From: Eledone cirrhosa
Lineage: Eukaryota
Direction of reading: 5' to 3'
Length of the DNA: 64,000 nucleotides
Assembly: GCA_964016885.1 (NCBI GenBank)
Contig: OZ024740.1
Location: forward strand, 38,130,001-38,194,000
The notes beneath the pieces are model-generated. The model made no database searches. It was not told where the DNA came from and worked only from the letters and a program-made list of their open reading frames with translations. A program made the position numbers and the translations under genes. Shown here in pieces: positions 30,912 through 44,490 of this stretch. How positions within the stretch are numbered: the stretch's first letter is position 1; each line of letters opens with the position of its first letter.

Positions 30912-31773
30912 CTGAAACAAACAAAAAATTTCCAAATTTTACAATTATTTCATCATTTCCCTGCTAGACAGATCATAGACCAAGTCAGAGTTACTGACCT
31001 CTCAGATGAACTGGCAGATATAACTTGTTTACATATGTTCCTGTATTCTACAGAGTGCACTAGCTTGAAGGAAGTAGTCAGTCATGTCTTTGGCCAGCTG
31101 AAGAGTCCTTCTGACACTTTGTTTGGCAGGTTTTCTACACTTTATAAAGTGTACTGTGTGCTTTTACCATGTAGGTCATCAACACTAGAAAGGTTGTTCT
31201 GCCCTTGACACAACTGAAGAAGTCTCTTGACCTGTTTTTTGTATGGTTTCCATAGCTAGATGCCTATCCTATCACCTACTACCTTGAAAAAAATTTGACT
31301 TTTATTATGAGCAAGTTGAGCAACAATAATGTATCTTAACTAGTTTCTAGCTGAGAGAGGTAGTTTAATATTTCTCACCTGACAAAGAATGTAATGTTGA
31401 GTTAAAACTAATTTAGCCTTCAGTGCCTTCTAGGCACCTTAGATCGCCAATAGAGTAAGCTTCTCTTAATGCATAATGCAGTGTCAAGGGAAGCAACTCA
31501 TAAAAATATTCAGCATGCTAAAAGTTAAGTGAATAGCTTAACATTGGAAGCATTTATTGGTTATATTTTGGAAAGTAGATTATATGAAAGTCAATATATT
31601 GAAGTTGGTAACTGTAAACATTTAAATGAGAAGAGGAAGTGAAAGAGAGGTGGATTGGTAGATGAGGATGGGGAGGAGTGGATGGAATAGAGGTGGAGGT
31701 CGAGGAGGAGAAGGAGGAAGATGGGACGAGGGGATGAAGATGATGAGGAGGAGAAGGGACGGAGGAAACTTAC

Positions 31774-31898
31774 CAGATTCCACAACATTTTCAACTGTGG
31801 TGTTAAGTTCTTTACCAAGAACTCCCATCACAGCAAAAACAGAGAAACCAGCCAGAAGACTCATTAATGAATCTCCTAAACATACAAAAATGGCATCT
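31774..31898 (-). CDS. SLC6 transporter exon, TM7 (RDAIFVCLGDSLMSLLAGFSVFAVMG...VVES)
   Basis: tag/gtaag borders, 125 bp, phase 2 to 1; AGF.VF motif. Confidence 0.96.
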
Positions 31899-31973
31899 CT
31901 ACAATAGAAAAATAAATATTGTATATATAATGTCATTCATATTTTCTATAAGTATATATATAACATCATCTAT

Positions 31974-32012
<39 letters not shown>

Positions 32013-32343
32013 CAAATATCATCTACATTGTATATATATTTTTGGAACGATCGACTTTCGTCAAATCGGACCGAGGAAACAATGTTTCCGTTGGTCTTTC
32101 CAGTTGCTAGTACTATCTACCGGTCGCAACTCCAGGTAGAAGGAGCAACGTGAAATAAAGTGTCTTGCTCAAGGACATAACGCATCGCCCGGTCCAGGAA
32201 TCGAACTCACAACCTCAAGATTGTGAATCCAATTCTCTAACCACTCAGCCACATGCCTTCACTGTATATATATGTATATATATAATAACATCTATATTGT
32301 ATATATATAACATCATCTACATTGTGTGTATGTATGTGTGTAC

Positions 32344-34550
32344 CATCATCATCATCATTTTACGTCCGCTTTTCCCTGCTTGCAAGGGTTGGACGGGTCC
32401 TATTCAGCACAGCATCTCTCCACTTGTCACGGTCCTTTGTCATCTCCACCGTGAGCTTCAGTGATCTGAGGTCTGCTTGCACAACCTCCGCCCATGTTTT
32501 CCGTGGTTTTCCTCTACTACGTCTTCCTTCAACTGGCATTTCTTGGCACTTGTTCACTCATTGGCCATCCTCCATGTGCATCACGTCCATACCATCGCAG
32601 TCTCCTCTCCCGCACACAACAATTTATCCCTCTCAGACACAGTTTCTCCCTCAACACATCCATGCTCGGCCGTTCATGCACATTGACATTGTACATCCAA
32701 CGGAGCATGCTTGCCTCATTTCTCTCCAGTCTTCGCATATCCTCTGCAGCTGCTGCCCATGTCTCACTATCATGCAGCATCGCGCTCCTCACACAGGCAT
32801 CATATAACCGGCCTTTCGTTCACAGGGAGAAACCCTTCTTCATCAGCAGAGGAAGCAGCTCCCTAAACTTCTTCCAACCCGTCCTTATTCTAGATACTAT
32901 GGCCTGGGAACACCCCCTTCCATGCTAATCTGATCTTCTAGGTACCGGAAGCTATCAACCACTTCTATAGCACCCACCAGCATTTGGAAAATGTGTCTAT
33001 CAATGCGACTTCTACTGTCAAATTTCCCTGTACATCTACTGCATACGTATTTCTCCCTACCTGTTAGTTTGCCTGCTATCCCACTACATCTCTTGTGTAC
33101 CCAGGATCTGCATTGTGTGCATTTTATAGAATTTATGCCCATTCCTTTTCTGCATATCAAACATGGCCATATCCCTGACGGAATCAGAGTTTTGTCCTCT
33201 TTTCTACTCATCAACACTTTTGTCTTAGCTAGGTTCACTCTCAGTCCTCTTGATTCCAACTGCTGTTTCCATAGCCAGAATCTATTCTCCAGCTCCTCTA
33301 CTGATTCTGCTATAAGAATCAGATCATCAGCATAGAGAAGTTCCCATGGACAGCCAGTCTTAAACTCCTCTGTTATGGCTTGGAGGACTATAATGAACAA
33401 GAGCGGGCTGAGGGCCAAACCTTCATGTACTCCTACTTATATCTGGAATTCCTCACTAAACTCCATTCCTACCCTGACTTTACTGACAGTATCTCTGTAC
33501 AAATTTTGCACTGTCCTCACAAGTCATTCCTCAACACCTAGTTTTCTTAGGGACCGACAGATCCGAGTACCCTATCAAAGGCCTTCTCTAGGTCAACAAA
33601 AGCTAAGTATAGTGGCTTATTCTTCTCTAAGAACCTCTCTTGTAACTGTCTCACTAAGAGGGCATCCATTGTACTTTTCCCAGGCACAAAACCAAATTGC
33701 ATCTCATCTAGTTTGACCCTTTCTCTAATTAGTTGCGCTAATATCTTTTCTACCACTTTCATGACCTGATCCACCAGTTTTATGCCCCTATAATTGCTCC
33801 TCTCCAGAGCATCCCCTTTACCTTTGTAGCAATTTATGAGAATACTGCTGCACCAGTCTTTGGGTAAGACACTGCCATATATAACCTGATTGATGATGCG
33901 TGCAACCAGTTTAGTGCCTACGTCCCCTGATGCCTTCAGCATCTCAGCAACTATCCCCGACGGTCCAGCAGCCTTACCATTCTTCATTTCCTTAATTGCC
34001 TCTTGTACCCTATATTCGTCAATCTCAATAGCTGGTCTCTCTGTCGGGTCTACTGGAGGTAGTTTCTCACTCTCCCATTCGTTCTCCACATTCATCAGTC
34101 TCTCATAATGACATTTCCATGCCTCCTTTTTCTGATCATTCGTGACACTAAGTACACCGGCATCATTCCGGACACACTTATCTCCAACAACATCCTGATT
34201 TGCACTGACACACTGCCTTGCAATGTGGAACACCGCACGTCTCTGATCTTCCTGTTGCAGAACATTTGAAAACCTCCTACTCTCAGCCTCCCTACATGCT
34301 AAATACACCTGACGTCTAGCTTCTCTCTTAGGGCTGTATATCCTTCTCTACTCCCACCATTTTACCAAGCATTCCATGCTAGTCTTTTGTCTCTAATGGC
34401 TCTATCTACCGTGCTGTTCTACCACCAGGTCACTCTCTGTCTGGTTGGAGCTCTGCTCCAGCCACAAGTTTCTTCAGTAGCCTGCAGTAAGTTGTCACGT
34501 AAGAAATTCTAGTTATCATCTATGTCATACGACTCTAAATCGTCTTCTTT
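32344..34550 (-). mobile_element. 5'-truncated RTE-clade LINE (family 1) with frameshifted reverse transcriptase
   Basis: NYRGIKL, QFGFVPG, FVDLEKAFD, LSPLLF and YADD motifs; (ATG)n 3' tail. Confidence 0.93.
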
Positions 34551-35311
34551 TTGTATGTATGCATGTATATATATATATAGAGATTACAGTAATCAAAGTT
34601 CAGTTTAAGTCATTTATTTGCTTACAATTGTTTCCTCCAAACCGAGGTTTGGATTCTTCGGAGCAACTATTTATAACATACTTGACCTCCTTTTCAACCC
34701 AAGAGACACATAAAACATATGCGCATATTGATCAACAGTGGGGTGACATTCATCAAATGATATAGCATGGCAATTTACATATAAAGGTTACAGGATAAAA
34801 ATAAAATAAAAACAAGAGTGAAAATAAGAGTGAAAATAAGAGTGAAAATAAAGATAAACATGAAGCGTTGGCAGTCTATGAAGATAAAGCAAGAGGAAAG
34901 CTTAGAGTAGTCAGTGTATGAAACAATCTCCCGTGCAGCATGCACGCGTGTCTTATTTATACATGATTAGAGTGCGTCAGAATGATATTTGCAGGGTCAG
35001 GCAGCTGAAGCAGGCAGTCGATCTTATTATGTAGGCTGAATTATTAAGTCATTTATTCTCATACATCTGTATGATATACAGTCTCGGATGCGGGGAAACA
35101 CCAAAATATCAAAAACCTTCAACATACTATAAACCTTATTGTATCGTAGCGGGAGCTTCCAACAGAAATGGTCGCATTCTTTAAGGGTATGTCAATATTT
35201 ATTTATAAAACTGCTCTATATTATATTTTATCTGATGAAAGCACACCATAATTTAACTTGGTGTCCTTGAAATATGTATAATGAAATAAATATGGTTTTA
35301 TAAATATAGTT

Positions 35312-36756
35312 TCCAGCGTAAAAGTTGGCGTCCATCAGGGCTCTGTTCTCAGCCCCCTACTATTTATTATTGCCCTTCAGGCTATAACAGAGGAGTTCAA
35401 GACAGGCTGCCCATGGGAACTCCTATACGCAGACGACCTGACACTCATAGCGGAATCAATGGCCGAGCTAGAGAAGAAATTCCAAACATGGAAGCACGGC
35501 CTAGAGTCAAAAGGACTTAAAATTAACCTGGCTAAGACCAAAGTTCTAGTTTGTAGGAAAGAAAACAAGGCGGCGGTCCCTTCTGGGAAATGGTCGTGCT
35601 CGGTGTGTAGGAAAGGCGTAGGTAGAAACTCCATTTTATGTCCTAAATGCAAAGTATGGGTGCATAAAAGATGTAGTGGGATCACAGGTAAGCTAACTAA
35701 GAACATAGATTTTACATGTGGCCGGTGTTCTGGTGCAATAAGTAGCAGCAAGTGCCCACAAAATACTAGCTCTTTCAATTGCGCAGAGGGTTCTATAGAA
35801 ATAGTGGACAGCTTCCGTTACCTGGGCGATAAAATCAGCAGTGGGGGAGGGTGCTCTGAAAGTACTGTAGCTAGAGTCAGAACTGGTTGGAAAAAGTTCA
35901 GAGAGCTTATACCACTATTAGCTGCTAAAGGGTTCTCCCTAAAAATGAAAGGCAGGTTGTACGATGCCTGCATACGAACAGCAATGTTGCATGGTAGTGA
36001 GACCTGGGCATTGTGTGCAGAGGATATACGCAGACTAGAGAGGAACGAAGCTTGCATGCTCCGCTGGATGTGTAACAGTAATATACGTGAACGGCAAAGC
36101 ATAAACGAACTAAGGAAAAAATTAGAGATAAGAGGGATTAGATGTTGTTTACTCGAGAGAAGGCTGCGTTGGTATGGACACGTGATGCGCATGAAAGTCG
36201 ATAGCTGTATAACAAAGTGCAGGGCAATAAAGATAGACGGTAGCCACGGAATAGGCAGACCTAGAAAAACATGGGATGAGCTGATAAACTCCGACCTCAC
36301 ACACTTACACCTCTCCAAGACAATGTCACTGGACCGAGACCTTTGGCGGTACTCAGTAACAGAGAAGACCCGCCTTGCCAGTAGGCATCTCTAACAAAAT
36401 ACACCCCGTCCCGCCACCACCCCCACCCCATCCACACCACCCCGTTCTATGTAAAGTTATGTTGGTGCCGCGCCATCCAGGCCGAAACAAATGAGATCGT
36501 GTAGGTGTCACGACAAAAAAACACACAGTCCACGCTGTAATGTGGCCGTGTAGGCAACACGGTAAAAACCTCCCAGACCCACACTGTAAATGTGGTTGGT
36601 GTTAGGAAGGGCATCCAACTGTAGAAAACCTGCCAGACAGTCCTATGCGAGCAAGACAATCACTCTTGCCTCAAGTGGGACTACCCCCGTCCAAACCCAT
36701 GCAAGCGTGGAACACGGACGTTAAACGTTGATGATGATGATGATGATGATGATGAT
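35312..36756 (+). mobile_element. 5'-truncated RTE LINE (family 2) with intact C-terminal ORF, 3' UTR and (GAT)n tail
   Basis: GVHQGSVLSPLLF..YADD upstream of and in frame with ORF 35459-36394. Confidence 0.93.
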
Positions 36757-36764
36757 GTTAATAT

Positions 36765-36813
<49 letters not shown>

Positions 36814-37375
36814 ATGTATATGTGTGTGTGTATGTATGTGTGTGTATGCATATATGATGTGTGTATGTATGCTTGTATGTATATATGTATGTTCTGGTTT
36901 TCTTATTTTATAAATTTTCACCAAAAGAGAGTGAATTGGTTTCTAACATAGAAACAAGATTCTTTCATTGGAATTTAGACAACATTAACTAGGTAGATAC
37001 ACATGTATGTCTGTATGTGTTTGTGAATGTGTCCAGGTATGGGTGTTATTGAATGTGTGGATGTGGATGTTTTGAGTAATATGTGTACACGTGCCTATGT
37101 TTCTGAATCAATACATCTGTATATGTGTATTGTTACAGGCTGAATTTCTGAAATGTTTTACATATTTTAGAGTTCCATTAATGGATTGTACTTGCAACTT
37201 TCTATCTAACCATCCCCTTTTTGGTCCTGTGAAGCCCAACTTCTCAAGATTTGTACTGAAGCATTTACTAACATATCCCAGAGTCCCCATTACCACAGGT
37301 ACATTATCACAGGTATAGTCAAGATGGAAGTATCTGCAGATTCATCATTAGTTCAGCATAAAAGTTCTTTTTGCT

Positions 37376-40300
37376 AATAATAATAATAATAATAATAATG
37401 AAATATTGTGTACAGTGCTCAGGTGCACTACAACTCATCAAAAAGTGTATGTATAGTACATAGGGTAATGTACAAACATCAGGAAAATGAACAGTGCATG
37501 AGTCATGATACACACATGTGTGCATGTGTATGGAAGGGGTACATCAGGTGTAGTTTTGGCGTATTTCAGGAAGCATGAGTGTCTTAAAGGATGCAGTGTC
37601 TCGGCAGCTAACAACTGATGCAGGCAGTTTGTTCCATGCTTCAGCAACTCTGAGCGTGAAAAAATGTTTACGAAAGTCATGGGAGCTGTGCTGTTTTCTG
37701 ATTTTGTAGGCATGTCCACGTGTGTTAGACACATGGAGATCAAAAAGGTGCTCAGGGTTGCAATTGGCGAGATGGTTAATAACTTTGTGGGTATTTACCA
37801 AGTCCATTGCCAGACGTCGGGGCTTCAATGAATCCATGTCCAGGGAAGCAAGGCGTTCAGAGTATGGTAGGTGTCTGATGGAGGGTATGCGCTTGGTTGC
37901 ACGTCTCTGAACAGTTTCCAGGTCAATGTTCTGAGCAAGATAGGGGTTCCAGACTGATGATGCGAATTCCAAGTGTGGTCGTACCATAGCTGTATACAGT
38001 TTTAAATAGATGGCTGGAGAGCGGCTAACAAAGGTCTTGCTGAGTGATGCCAAGACACCCTCGGCCTTCTTGACAATCTTAGAGACATGCTTTGTCCAAT
38101 GCAAATCGCTGCTGACAGTAATGCCCAGGTCACGTTCACAAGAGGACTTCTTGATATCAGTGTTGTGGAGGGAGTATGTGGACGCTGGATTTTTCCTCCC
38201 AAAATGCATGGTGGTACACTTGTCCACAGCCAGCTTCAGTTGCCAGTCTGATTGTAGGAAAGAGTTGTAGATTTCAGGATCAGTCCTTTTGATTTCAATG
38301 TACAGCTTGATGTCATCTGCATATTTCAGTACCGTGGCATTCTGTAAGTTGGCATCTATGTCATTAATATATGCCACAAACAAAAGGGGACCAAGAACAG
38401 ATCCCTGTGGTACACCAGATGACATCTCATATGGTGAAGAATGCTGTCCTAGAACCGTGATTACTTTTTTCAGCTGAGAATGAAGGATTTCAACCAGTCG
38501 AAAAGATCATCCCTCACACCCATTGCAGAGAGTTTTGCTATAAGTCTTTTGTGTGGCACAGAATTAAAAGCCTTAGCAAAGTCAAGGTAAACAACATCCA
38601 CCCATGAGCCGCTGTCAGTGATCCGGGTGATGTCTTCAAGGAACTCGATAAGCTGATCACAGCAGCTGGAGTTAGGGATAAATCCAAACTGTGAGGGCCG
38701 GATGAGGCTGTGAGAGCTCCAGAAGTTCCAAAGTGTTTCTCTGACACAGGATTCCATCAGTTTGGCCATACAGCTAGTAAGACAGACTGGACGATAGTTG
38801 ACAGGTGACATGCGGTTGCCCTTTTTGAACAGGGGAATGACACTGGCAGTATTCCACTGCTCGGAGTAGCACCATTGTTGAGACAGTATTGAAAGAAGAA
38901 AGAAAGCTGGAGCAAAAGGAAATACCCGCCACGTTTGAGAAGCAGGTATGTAACACCATCAAGACCAGGGGAGGCATAGTTGCGCTTATTTTTAAGGTGA
39001 TGTCGCAACATTGCAGGTGTAAATTCCATAGTTGTTATGGAATTTGATATTAGAGATGGTGGAGATGGTACATTCTGGTTTTCAACAGTAAAAATACTTG
39101 CATAGCACTCAGCAATGAGTTCTGCGCATTCTTTGGGATCGTCAGTGATCTGGCTTGTGTGGGGATTGCGAAGAGGACCAACTGGAGAGTGAGGTCTCTG
39201 CTTTGAATGAACATATTTCCAGAACACCTTACTGTCAGGATTGGTTGCTATGCACTGTTCAAATTCAAGCACTGCCTTCTTTGTCACTTGCTTGAGATGG
39301 TTAGAAGATTTATTCCACTTTTTTCTGTTGGCATCTGATTTATGAAGTTTATATTCCCGTTCAGCGTTCCGACGTTCTTTCCTGGCAAGTCGGACCGCTG
39401 AAGTTTCCCAAATTGCACTTTGGGGTGTTTTTTTTCTGCTTACGTGGCACCGATGCTGCACACGCTATCCATATTGAGTCCAGGATGCTCTGGAGTATAG
39501 TGTTCACATCTCCAGAGTTATACATCTCATGCCACTTTGGGCGCTGTAGCTCAGTGCAGTACAAGTTCCAATCTGCTTTCTTTCAATCAAAGCAAGCAGA
39601 TTGAAGATGGCTCTGGTTTTTGTTGTTGCCCGCAAGTGCCAGATTGGCAATGATCATAGCATGATCAGAGTCGCCTAGAGGTTCCTCAGTAGTACAACTG
39701 ATAACCACTTCAGGAGTAGTGGTGAAGATCAGGTCCAAAGTGTTGTCACCTCTTATTGGAGAGGTGAATACTTGTGACCAGTTTGAGTCCAGCACTAGTT
39801 CAAGGAAATCGTTTGTACCTTGTGGCCAACGAAAGGTTTCCCAATCGATCTCAGGATGATTGAAGTCACCTGCAATAAACACATAAGTGGCTGTTTTCTT
39901 GGCAACAACTCTGAGGATATCGCAAAGCTGTGTGTCCTGATGGTAGTTTGGGGGGCGATAAACAACACCAAGCAGAAGTGTTGACATGGTCATACGTATG
40001 TCACAGAAAAAACTTCTTCCTGTGATTCGTTCAAATCAACGCAAGGAATTACCGAAAAGTTTGAACGAACGTAGACCATCACACCACCACCATGGCGATT
40101 AATGCGGTCCTTGCGGAAAAGGTTGTACCCAGTAATGCTGAAAGCCCCATCACAGAGTAAGGAATGTGCCCATGTTTCCGTGACTGTGATGAAGTCAGGG
40201 TCGATGCTTCTGACGTAGGAGTCAAACAGATGTATATTGTTGCATAAACTGCGAGCATTTAAGGACAACAATTTGTACCCTGCTTGCAGTTTATGATGGT

Positions 40301-41620
40301 GTGTAGAGGGTGGCAGGTTGTTCTGGTTTAGTTTCCCAGAGTTGTTGCAGTTTTTTCATTGACAGTTATTGTGGGTAGAGCACACTCAGACCAGCTGGTA
40401 TCTCTCTTCCACGTTTCACCAGCCTTAACAAACCTCCAGATCTTCCCATCATCACGCAGACTAAAAGTTTCATGTTGTGCTGAGTTCCAATTCAAGGAAG
40501 CTGCAGCACGGAGCTTTGGACGTACATGGGTGGTAGGCCTGGGCATGTTCGGAAGGTAATCCGATTTTCACGCCCAGCTTTAACAGAGGCCAGATGGTAT
40601 GAGATTGCCTCAGCGGGGTCCGAAAAAGACAGCCTGATGAGTCTGGGTTTTGGACCAGGTCGACCAAGGCGGAGAGCACCTTTTGGGGGAACACAGCCTA
40701 GGTCTTTGGCTGAGCTGGCAGCAAATGCCTGAAGATCAGCCTTGTCCTCTGGTACCCCAATGGCAATTACTTCATGGGTAGCAGATTCCACAGTCTTCTC
40801 AGTGTGCCCAGATACGGCAAGAAGTACAGGGAGATTCTTTAGCAAGGCATTCCGATAAGACCCCTCATTGTGGGGTCCTACCCGAATGCTTGCCTTTATT
40901 CCTGTTACTTCCCTGGTCGGTTGTTGTTGTTGTTGCTGCTGCTGTTGTTGTTGTTGTTGGTGATGATGTTCCTCCACGGGAATGGTAGGGGAAGACACAG
41001 TCGCAGGTTGTTGGTGTCGAGATGTACTGGGAGTGGAAGACATGGGTTGTTGTTGTTTCTGATGTTCTCCCACAGGAATAGCAGCAGAAGCCAGTGTCAT
41101 AGGTTTTTGCTGTTGTTAAGTAACAATGGTAGAGGAAGATACAGTCATCGGTTGTTGTTGTTGTTGTTGTTTTTCAATAACATTAGTGGAGGCAGGCACA
41201 CAGGCCAGGCACTGAAAGGACCAGGATTTTAGCTGGACCATCTCCCATATTCCATCCATCATAGCATTATGATGTCTCTTTTTTTTGTCCTGGGATCCTC
41301 CGGAAGCCTGTGGCGCATTGAAAGCAGACAGAGATGTGACAGGTTCCACATTCGACCCAGCGATTACGGAACGAGTTTTCGGGTTCCGTACAAATATGGC
41401 AGATGTGGTTTTCTGGGCAATGTTCTATTTTGGAACATCGACCAGTTTTGTCGCATACTTCATCGATGGATATCACCATGGCAATTTTGTTATTTCTACC
41501 CATCCGTAGAAAAACACAGAATGTAAACAATATAGGTTTAGCGCACTTGATTACGATAGAAATAAAATGTCTGTTTTTTTTTTTTTTTTTTGTGTATTTT
41601 GTTTCCGTTTTCCTAAATGT
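37376..41620 (-). mobile_element. Near full-length CR1-clade LINE (ORF1 plus APE-RT ORF2), frameshifted
   Basis: ORF1 from the ATG at 41503 has a Cys-rich PHD-like finger and polyQ. APE motifs SLNARSL, TETW, YRPP, GDFN, SDH. RT motifs LDFAKAF, GVPQGSVLGP, YADD. CR1-type C-terminus RGH..FF..RV..WN.LP; (ATT)n tail. The 5' end is approximate. Confidence 0.92.
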
Positions 41621-42418
41621 TGTGTGTGTGTGTACAGAAGAGTCTGTGCATGTAAACAAATAAATATGCTGCGTAAGTTAAATGAAACGTACTGTAGAAG
41701 GCAGTTGTTTATTAACAGCGAAATAACGTTTTTTTTTCTTGATACTGCTTCTTTATAATAAACTTTCAATAATATTTTTCAAATTATTAACTTTCAGCTG
41801 CTAGTATATATATATAATTAAAAGGTGTATGTGGGTTAGAAGCGAAGTCAATGTTCAGAGATATTTTACCAATGTACGTAAGATTGGCCGGTATAGTGTC
41901 TCACACGAAATAGTGTAGTTTCTTTTCACGTGTGTGTATATGCATATGGTATATATCTGTATATAAATCTGTGTGTATATTGTTGTTTATATGTTTTGTG
42001 GAGTACTTACTGCGATCCCTAAGGGATGTAGTGATTTGTTTTTTTTCCTTTTTCCCCGTCCATGTCCACACGTGGTTTGTTGGCGAAAATCAAGTCAAAT
42101 TAAATATACTTCATTAAAATAATTCTATGTTGAAGCTGGTACTAGTTGTCAGGGAACAGTCAAAGTAATTGTAATAATGAATATTGTAATCCATCTGACA
42201 TGTGTTTAAAGGGCAGTTTTTTGTGAAAATATTATATTTTGTTTGGTCAAGACGTGGTCAAGCGACCTTCCTTGTCACCATTTTATAATATATATATTGC
42301 ACTGACATCAGCTGGGCAGCTGATTTTTACTACTGTGCATGCTTTCTTTTCTCTGTCCCATATCACTACGTCTTGTCTGGTCTGTATGCCTGTATGAATG
42401 CATGCAGATGTGTGTGTG

Positions 42419-42468
<50 letters not shown>

Positions 42469-43003
42469 TGTGTATGTGATTCCTCTTTATGGAGAATCTT
42501 TGGAATGTCTACCAAGTCTTCACTGTACTTCTAGTCAATTAAATTATGAGTTTTAACATTTATTTTCATTTCTTATTAAAAGACCTTTCCCAGGAATAAA
42601 ATGTTATAATAAACACACTACTTCATCTTCCTTTCCCCTATATTATGTTCACAATTTTGATAAAGTTTATAAACACGAATTCTGCAATTTAAATTAAGTT
42701 TCATCATCATCATCATCACCGTTTTATGTCCCAATTTTCCATGCTAGCATGGGTTAGATGAGTTGTCCTGTTGTAGGCAATGCCTAGCTCAGGTAGCCAT
42801 GTCTTGCACATACAGAACTGATTTTGGCTTGGTATCTACAGTCGCATGCCCTTCCTAATGCCAACCTCATTTACAGTGAGTACTGGGTTCCTTTTGTCGT
42901 GACACCTACATGACCACTTTACAGTGTGGACTGGGCGGTTTTGCTGTAGACATAAATTCTACAATTTAAATTAAGTTTATTCCACAAAAGCAAATGATCT
43001 CAC

Positions 43004-43242
43004 CTGTATATATTATTGTGGAATTTATTGTAACTGGAAAGCGTTGATAATCCTCCCCAGCATAATGAAAGAGAGAAAAACACCTGTGCTGCTGCATCAC
43101 CCCAAACATGAACTTTTTTCAACTTCTCCCATTTTGGTGTCAGGTAAAATTTGATTCCTTCAAGATGTCCATCGACTGTTATTCCTCGTATCAACAGTAC
43201 AAACATAATGATGTAGGGAAATATCACAATTAGGTACACAAC
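43004..43242 (-). CDS. SLC6 transporter exon, TM5-TM6 ([10 protein letters not shown]...[35 protein letters not shown])
   Basis: tag/gtgag borders, 239 bp; glycine-transporter-like QxFxSL..WGGL and SSYNKFHNN. Confidence 0.97.
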
Positions 43243-43458
43243 CTAAAAAACAAGCAAACACAATAATATTTTTCTTATAGGTGAGGCATATATTTGTAGC
43301 TTTCATCAATAGAGTATTTCAATGGTCATTTAGTAATTTAAGGTAATTCTAAAAGGCATAAACCCTTTAGCATTTACATTACTCTATATATACTACTGTA
43401 TTTTCACGGCAAAGGCTTTACCTCACATAATTATCGCACATTATATTGAATCTATGAG

Positions 43459-43646
43459 GACGGTGGATTGACAGTATCGGCAGAGGGTCGGACGCCATGC
43501 TTTGCAGCAAAGAGTTACGGATCTTTATGGTCTGAGTTCAAATCCCGCCGAGGTTAACTTTGCTTTTCATCCTTACGGGGTCGATAAAATAAAGTACCAG
43601 TAATACACTGGGATAATTGCTGACCTTGTGCCAGAAGTAGAAACAA
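43459..43646 (+). mobile_element. tRNA-derived SINE with target-site duplication, inserted into a piggyBac-like MITE
   Basis: B-box GAGTTCAAATCC; TSD TTATATTGAATCTATGAG at 43441-43458 and 43647-43664. Confidence 0.88.
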
Positions 43647-44071
43647 TTATATTGAATCTATGAGATTTTGATAGTATTTTAAGAACAATGCCTTAACATC
43701 AGTATGAGTGGTCGGTTACAGAAAGAGGGGACAGAATTCTGGCTGGATATGGCCGGTTTAAATGCTAAAGGGTTAAATGGGTAATAGATGATCATAACAA
43801 TCTTTCTTTTATATGTTTATTAACAAAATATGGCTGTTGTTGTGCCACACTCCTAATGAAGTAAGAATAATAATTGGGTGAAAATATGGCAATCAGGTTC
43901 ATGAGCTGGTTTATAATGACTATTATCATCATTGTTTAACATCCACTTTCCACGCTAGCATGGGTTAGACAGGTTTTCCTATTAGAGGCAAGTTGGCTCA
44001 GGTAACCGTGTCCTGCTCATATAGAACTGTTTCTGGCTAGATTTCTACAGCTGGATGCCTTTCCTAATGCC

Positions 44072-44490
44072 AACCACTTTACAGTGTGGGCTAGGTAATT
44101 TTTGTTGTGACACCTACACAACCACTTTACAGTGTGGGCTAGGTGATTTTTGTTGTGACACCTACACAACCACTTTACAATGTGAGCTAGGTGATTTTTG
44201 TTGTGACACCTACACAACCACTTTACAATGTGAGCTAGGTGATTTTTGTTGTGACACCTACACAACCACTTTACAGTGTGAGCTAGGTGATTTTTGTTGT
44301 GACACCTACACAACCACTTTACAGTGTGAGCTAGGTGATTTTTGTTGTGACACCTACACAACCACTTTACAATGTGGGCTAGGTGATTTTTGTTGTGACA
44401 CCTACACAACCACTTTACAGTGTGAGCTAGGTGATTTTTGTTGTGACACCTACACAACCACTTTACAGTGTGGGCTGGGTGATTTTTGTC
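44072..44490. repeat. 48-bp tandem repeat (~9 units) amplified inside a SINE/RTE tail
   Basis: Unit CCACTTTACAGTGTGAGCTAGGTGATTTTTGTTGTGACACCTACACAA. Confidence 0.92.

Noticed and set aside
31630-31765. Purine-rich tract with Arg/Gly-rich ORF
   Set aside because: Low-complexity (GGA/GAT) intronic sequence.
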